Part shown: piece after piece, positions 48,807 to 52,349 of the stretch
Layout: each line of letters starts with the position of its first letter
Numbering within the stretch: position 1 is the stretch's first letter
IMG/VR virus record: IMGVR_UViG_3300028898_000107
Direction: 5' to 3' (one strand)
Source: a virus
DNA: 52,349 nt
Made by a program: the position numbers and the translations under genes
The notes under the pieces: model-generated
Database searches by the model: none
Told to the model about the DNA's origin: nothing
What the model saw: only the letters and a program-made list of their open reading frames with translations

Positions 48807-49484
48807 ATGGACCGCAGAGAAAGAGTCGAGGACCTAAGGTCTACCCTCCTGGCCGCTCTTCGGGGATGGCAAAAGGAACTGTGGACCTCACTCCCTGGAG
48901 TGGTGGAGGAGTATTTTCCCAGTAGCATGACCTGCACCATCCGCATTCCATTACTGATACCCCTCAGGGAGTCGGATGGAAGCATCAAGGAGGTGAAGAT
49001 CCCCCTTCTCCTGGATGTCCCTGTGGTCTTTCCGGCGGGGGGCGGATTCACCCTGACCTTTCCTATAGAGAAAGGGGATGAGGTCCTAGTGGTACTGGCC
49101 TCTCGGTGTATAGACGCCTGGTGGTACCATGGGGGAGAGAAGGATCAGCGGCTTATGGAGTGGAGGATGCATGACCTCTCCGATGGATTCGCTATCCCTG
49201 GCCCTTTTTCAAAGCCTAGAGTGCTAACGGGGCTCAGCTCGACTTCGGTTCAACTTCGTTCCAACAACGGGTCCACCTACGTGGAGGTCAAGGATGGCCA
49301 GCTGGTGAACATAGTGGCTCCTGGCGGGGTCACGATCACCGCTCCTACCATACACCTTGCAGGGAACGTCACAGGAAGCAATACGGCGGTCTTCCAGGGC
49401 GAAGGGACCTTCAATGGACATACTGTGGGTGGACATGTCCACTCAGATCCACAGGGCGGCTCTACCTCTACTCCTACAGGGTGA
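48807..49484 (+). CDS. baseplate central spike (gpV / Gp138 N-terminal-like)
   Basis: GDEVLVVLASRCIDAWW...HDLSDGFAIPG...GHVHSDPQGGSTSTP. Confidence 0.7.
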   Translation: MDRRERVEDLRSTLLAALRGWQKELWTSLPGVVEEYFPSSMTCTIRIPLLIPLRESDGSIKEVKIPLLLDVPVVFPAGGGFTLTFPIEKGDEVLVVLASRCIDAWWYHGGEKDQRLMEWRMHDLSDGFAIPGPFSKPRVLTGLSSTSVQLRSNNGSTYVEVKDGQLVNIVAPGGVTITAPTIHLAGNVTGSNTAVFQGEGTFNGHTVGGHVHSDPQGGSTSTPTG

Positions 49485-49840
49485 TCATGATATACAGAAA
49501 ATTGTCGGACTCAGGAGACTATGTCTTTGGGCGAGGAGCCGGGAACTTCCACAAGGACTCTCCGGAAGCAGTTGCTCAGGCGGTATTGACCCGTCTCAAG
49601 TTATTTCAAGGGGAGTGGTTTCTGGACCTCAACCGAGGAACCCCATACGAGTCCCAGATTCTAGGAACCGGAAAGGCCACTCTCTACGATTCGGCCATTC
49701 AATCGGTGATACTGGAGACTCCTGGAGTAACTGGACTGGCCTCCTACTCCAGTGGGATTGACCAGGTCACTCGAGCGATCTATGTGAACTGCACCCTTGA
49801 TACCCTTTATGGAACCACTCCTTTGACCACATCGCTATGA
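49481..49840 (+). CDS. baseplate wedge protein (gp25/W-like position)
   Basis: 119 aa. GTGA/ATGA coupling. Lies between the spike and the J-like gene. Confidence 0.5.
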   Translation: MIMIYRKLSDSGDYVFGRGAGNFHKDSPEAVAQAVLTRLKLFQGEWFLDLNRGTPYESQILGTGKATLYDSAIQSVILETPGVTGLASYSSGIDQVTRAIYVNCTLDTLYGTTPLTTSL

Positions 49841-51024
49841 CCACATATCCGTTATCCACATTGGCCCCGACCATCGACTCCTCGGGGATTACCGCTCCGC
49901 CCTACTCGGACATCTATCAAAGCTTGATTGAGTCATTCAAGCTGATATACGGCTCCGACATCTACGTGGACCCGGACTCTCAAGACGGGCAGTGGATTGC
50001 CATCTTGGCGAATGCCATCCACCAGAGCAACCAGGCGATGATCGCAGTCTATCAATCCTTCTCCCCGACGTACTCTCAAGGAGTTGGACTGTCCTCTCTG
50101 GTGAAGATCAACGGACTAGCTCGACTGGTCTCCACTCATTCTACTGCGGTTGGCAATGTGATTGGGGTAGCCGGAACGGTCATCACCTCAGGAGTGGTCA
50201 AGGACGACAATGGGAACCTCTGGGATCTCCCTGCTACTGTGACTATCCCCGGAGGTGGGTCCATCTCAGTAACGGTCACTGCTCAGGACCCCGGCTCCAT
50301 AAGTGCAGGGACGGGAACCATCAACCAGATCTACAATCCCCAGCTTGGCTGGCAGTCCTTTTCGAATACGGCTCCCGCCTCTGCAGGTCAACCTGTGGAG
50401 ACGGATGCGGAACTCCGCCAGAGACAGTCGGTATCCACCAGTCTGCCGGCTTTGGGAATCTTGCCTGCAATTCTGTCGGCGGTGGGGAACATTCCAGGGA
50501 TTGGGCGATATAAGGCCTATGAGAATGACACTGGCTCTACGGATGCAAACGGTATCCCCGCTCATTCCTTTTCTCTGGTGGCAGAAGGGGGACTGTCCTC
50601 TGATATAGGGCAGGCCATCTACGGGAGAAAGCCCCCTGGGATTCAAACCTACGGAACCACTAGCGTGACCGTCACGGACCCGATAGGGCTCACCTCTACG
50701 GTGAACTATTTCATCTTGGCCGACAAGCCCGTATATGTTGCGGTGACCATCAAGGCCCTGACCGGATATGTCTCTACTACAGGGGATGCACTGAAACAGG
50801 CCTTGGTGGATTACCTGAACTCCCTGGACATCGGAGAAGATGTCTACATAGAACAGGCAAAGTCGGTAGCTGGGCTCATGAGCACCCCTCTGGGGAAGAC
50901 CTTCAAGATCACAGCCTTCACCCAGGGGTTCGCCCCGGCTCCTGTGGGGGTGATAGATTTGACCATTGCCTTCAATGAGGCGGCTAGTGGGGCCATCGCA
51001 AATATCGGATTGACGGTGACTTAA
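49837..51024 (+). CDS. baseplate J-like protein
   Basis: 395 aa. ...ETDAELRQR... motif and position. Confidence 0.7.
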   Translation: MTTYPLSTLAPTIDSSGITAPPYSDIYQSLIESFKLIYGSDIYVDPDSQDGQWIAILANAIHQSNQAMIAVYQSFSPTYSQGVGLSSLVKINGLARLVSTHSTAVGNVIGVAGTVITSGVVKDDNGNLWDLPATVTIPGGGSISVTVTAQDPGSISAGTGTINQIYNPQLGWQSFSNTAPASAGQPVETDAELRQRQSVSTSLPALGILPAILSAVGNIPGIGRYKAYENDTGSTDANGIPAHSFSLVAEGGLSSDIGQAIYGRKPPGIQTYGTTSVTVTDPIGLTSTVNYFILADKPVYVAVTIKALTGYVSTTGDALKQALVDYLNSLDIGEDVYIEQAKSVAGLMSTPLGKTFKITAFTQGFAPAPVGVIDLTIAFNEAASGAIANIGLTVT

Positions 51025-51026
51025 CC

Positions 51027-51698
51027 ATGGCTGACTTGACTCCTTTCACTAACCTCATCACCTCAGAACATGCCGACAAGGCCAAGTTTGTGGAGATGGT
51101 GGGGCTAACCTGTCAGCCCTTTGCAGAGATAGCAGAACGGGTAGCTCTACTGTCTGCCCTCTACGATATAGACCAGGCTGTAGGCAGTCAACTAGACGTC
51201 GTTGGACAGTGGGTGGGAAGGTCTAGGAACTTAGATGTCCCGATTACTGGGGTCTACTTCTCCCTAGATACCTCAGGGGTAGGACTCGATGAGGGCATCT
51301 GGCAGGGTATTGGTGACCCCACCACCGGCCTGGTCTCACTTCCGGATGAGCACTACCGCCTGTTGCTTAAGGCCCGAGTGATGAACAACCGGTGGGACTG
51401 TGATATACCGGATGCTTACCTCCTCTCTGCTATCCTGTTCGGGCCTCTGGGATACCAGATAATCATAGAAGACCATCAGGACCTCTCGATGGATCTGGGG
51501 CTGGTAGGAACAAGCTACCCTGACCCCCTGACCTTAGCCCTGCTTACTGGCGGGTATCTGGACCTTAAGCCGGCCGGGGTTAGGATCAGTAATTACTATA
51601 CTCAAACTGTCCCCGGCCCTCTCTTCGCCTTGGACATGGATACACCGCTGTTCTCCGGATTTGACTCCGGAGGTTGGACTTTAATCACCCCCGCCTAA
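51027..51698 (+). CDS. baseplate protein (DUF2612 / gpI-like)
   Basis: LSALYDIDQAVGSQLDVVGQWVGRSR motif. Confidence 0.65.
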   Translation: MADLTPFTNLITSEHADKAKFVEMVGLTCQPFAEIAERVALLSALYDIDQAVGSQLDVVGQWVGRSRNLDVPITGVYFSLDTSGVGLDEGIWQGIGDPTTGLVSLPDEHYRLLLKARVMNNRWDCDIPDAYLLSAILFGPLGYQIIIEDHQDLSMDLGLVGTSYPDPLTLALLTGGYLDLKPAGVRISNYYTQTVPGPLFALDMDTPLFSGFDSGGWTLITPA

Positions 51699-51714
51699 CC
51701 ACTAAGGAGCACCC

Positions 51715-52349
51715 ATGGCCACTAATAAGATCTACCCGTTTGCACAGGACCCTGGCGCAAACGTCCTCACTGATGCACAATATGCTGCCCTCACGGCCCT
51801 ACTGGCTGACGGGTTCCTGTCGGGGATAGCTTCCTCTGCTCAGATGAATAAGGTGTGGAGACAGAGCTCGGTCATCTCCGCGGCCGTAGCTCAGTTCATG
51901 GCTGATAACCAAGCTACGAACATTGATGACTCCCTCACTATAGCCAACCTGGCCACATACCTGAAGAATGCCATCAACGGGGCGGGAACCACACAGGCCC
52001 AGTTCGACAATACGACGAAGATGGCGACGACGGCGTTTGTTAAAGGAGCTCAAGGCAATACGAGCGGATTGAATTCTGCAAATGCGAATGCGAATTTGAC
52101 TCTAGGTCAGTTGGGCAACGTGTTCACGTATTACGGCTCGACAAGTGGCCAGCAACTTTCCTTGCCGGATGCGGCGATTGTACCGGCCGGATATGGTTAT
52201 TGGGTGGTCAATCAAGCCTCTGTCCCTGTCGCATTGAAGGGTTCCGGCGCACAGAACATCAACGCGAATACACCATCTGGAGCGTCTGCCGCCAATACGA
52301 TGAACCTGTCGCCGGGTGATTCTGTATTCATCAGCAGCAACGGCGCATC
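51715..52349 (+). CDS. tail fibre protein, N-terminal part (open to the window end; continues at 142..517 in the circular genome)
   Basis: AAGGAG precedes ATG 51715. My own translation gives MATNKIYPFAQDPGANVLTDAQY...QFDNTTKMATTAFV... There is no stop before 52349. It is not in the ORF track because it is open-ended. Confidence 0.8.
   Translation, partial: MATNKIYPFAQDPGANVLTDAQYAALTALLADGFLSGIASSAQMNKVWRQSSVISAAVAQFMADNQATNIDDSLTIANLATYLKNAINGAGTTQAQFDNTTKMATTAFVKGAQGNTSGLNSANANANLTLGQLGNVFTYYGSTSGQQLSLPDAAIVPAGYGYWVVNQASVPVALKGSGAQNINANTPSGASAANTMNLSPGDSVFISSNGA
52209..52349. repeat. terminal direct repeat, copy 2 (identical to 1..141)
   Basis: Read directly. Confidence 0.95.

Overview
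The window is a complete, circularly closed genome of a tailed dsDNA phage. About 52,208 bp are unique, and bases 1-141 recur exactly at 52209-52349. I had no database or tools, so all family names below come from motif recognition by eye and should be read as hypotheses.

Genome layout:
- Two divergent transcription units start from a control region at about 21.83-21.95 kb.
- The leftward unit (minus strand, 21825 down to 3452) encodes, in order:
  - small unknown proteins;
  - a tightly overlap-coupled nucleotide-metabolism block: dNMP kinase, MazG-like pyrophosphatase, ThyX, two ThyA-fold paralogs, DHH phosphoesterase, DNA ligase and dCMP deaminase;
  - a UDG-PolA fusion;
  - a Cas4-like exonuclease / Sak4-like ATPase / DUF669 SSB recombination module;
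  - a series of short cassettes, each driven by a repeated sigma70-like promoter-leader: SNF2 helicase, DUF2786 protein, H1-like protein, VRR-NUC nuclease and a SleB-type hydrolase.
- The rightward unit (plus strand, 21951 through the circular junction to 3492) encodes, in order:
  - an HTH protein and an AEP primase-helicase;
  - small proteins, including a TraR-type zinc finger;
  - a Q-like antiterminator followed by a late promoter;
  - terminase small and large subunits;
  - an initiator-like tRNA-Met;
  - portal and MuF proteins, a GIY-YIG homing endonuclease, and a NUDIX-fused large protein;
  - four genes for exported proteins;
  - protease/scaffold, decoration and major capsid proteins;
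  - connector proteins, DUF3383 sheath, DUF3277 tube, and a frameshifted chaperone;
  - tape measure, a Mu/P2-like baseplate, and a tail fibre that spans the junction;
  - a GC-rich mosaic island;
  - a lysis cassette with an overlapping i-/o-spanin pair, which implies a Gram-negative host.
- I saw no integrase or repressor, so the phage is probably virulent.

Most interesting observations:
- a possible pyrimidine-modification gene set (ThyX plus two extra thymidylate-synthase-fold proteins);
- a four-gene cluster of signal-peptide proteins embedded in the head module;
- a NUDIX-fused protein in the head-morphogenesis module, separated from MuF by a homing endonuclease;
- three paralogous small ORFs with an 'IHIHL...TKDA' N-terminus;
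- a chimeric initiator-like tRNA;
- a repeated promoter-leader cassette;
- two homopolymer-associated frameshifted genes.
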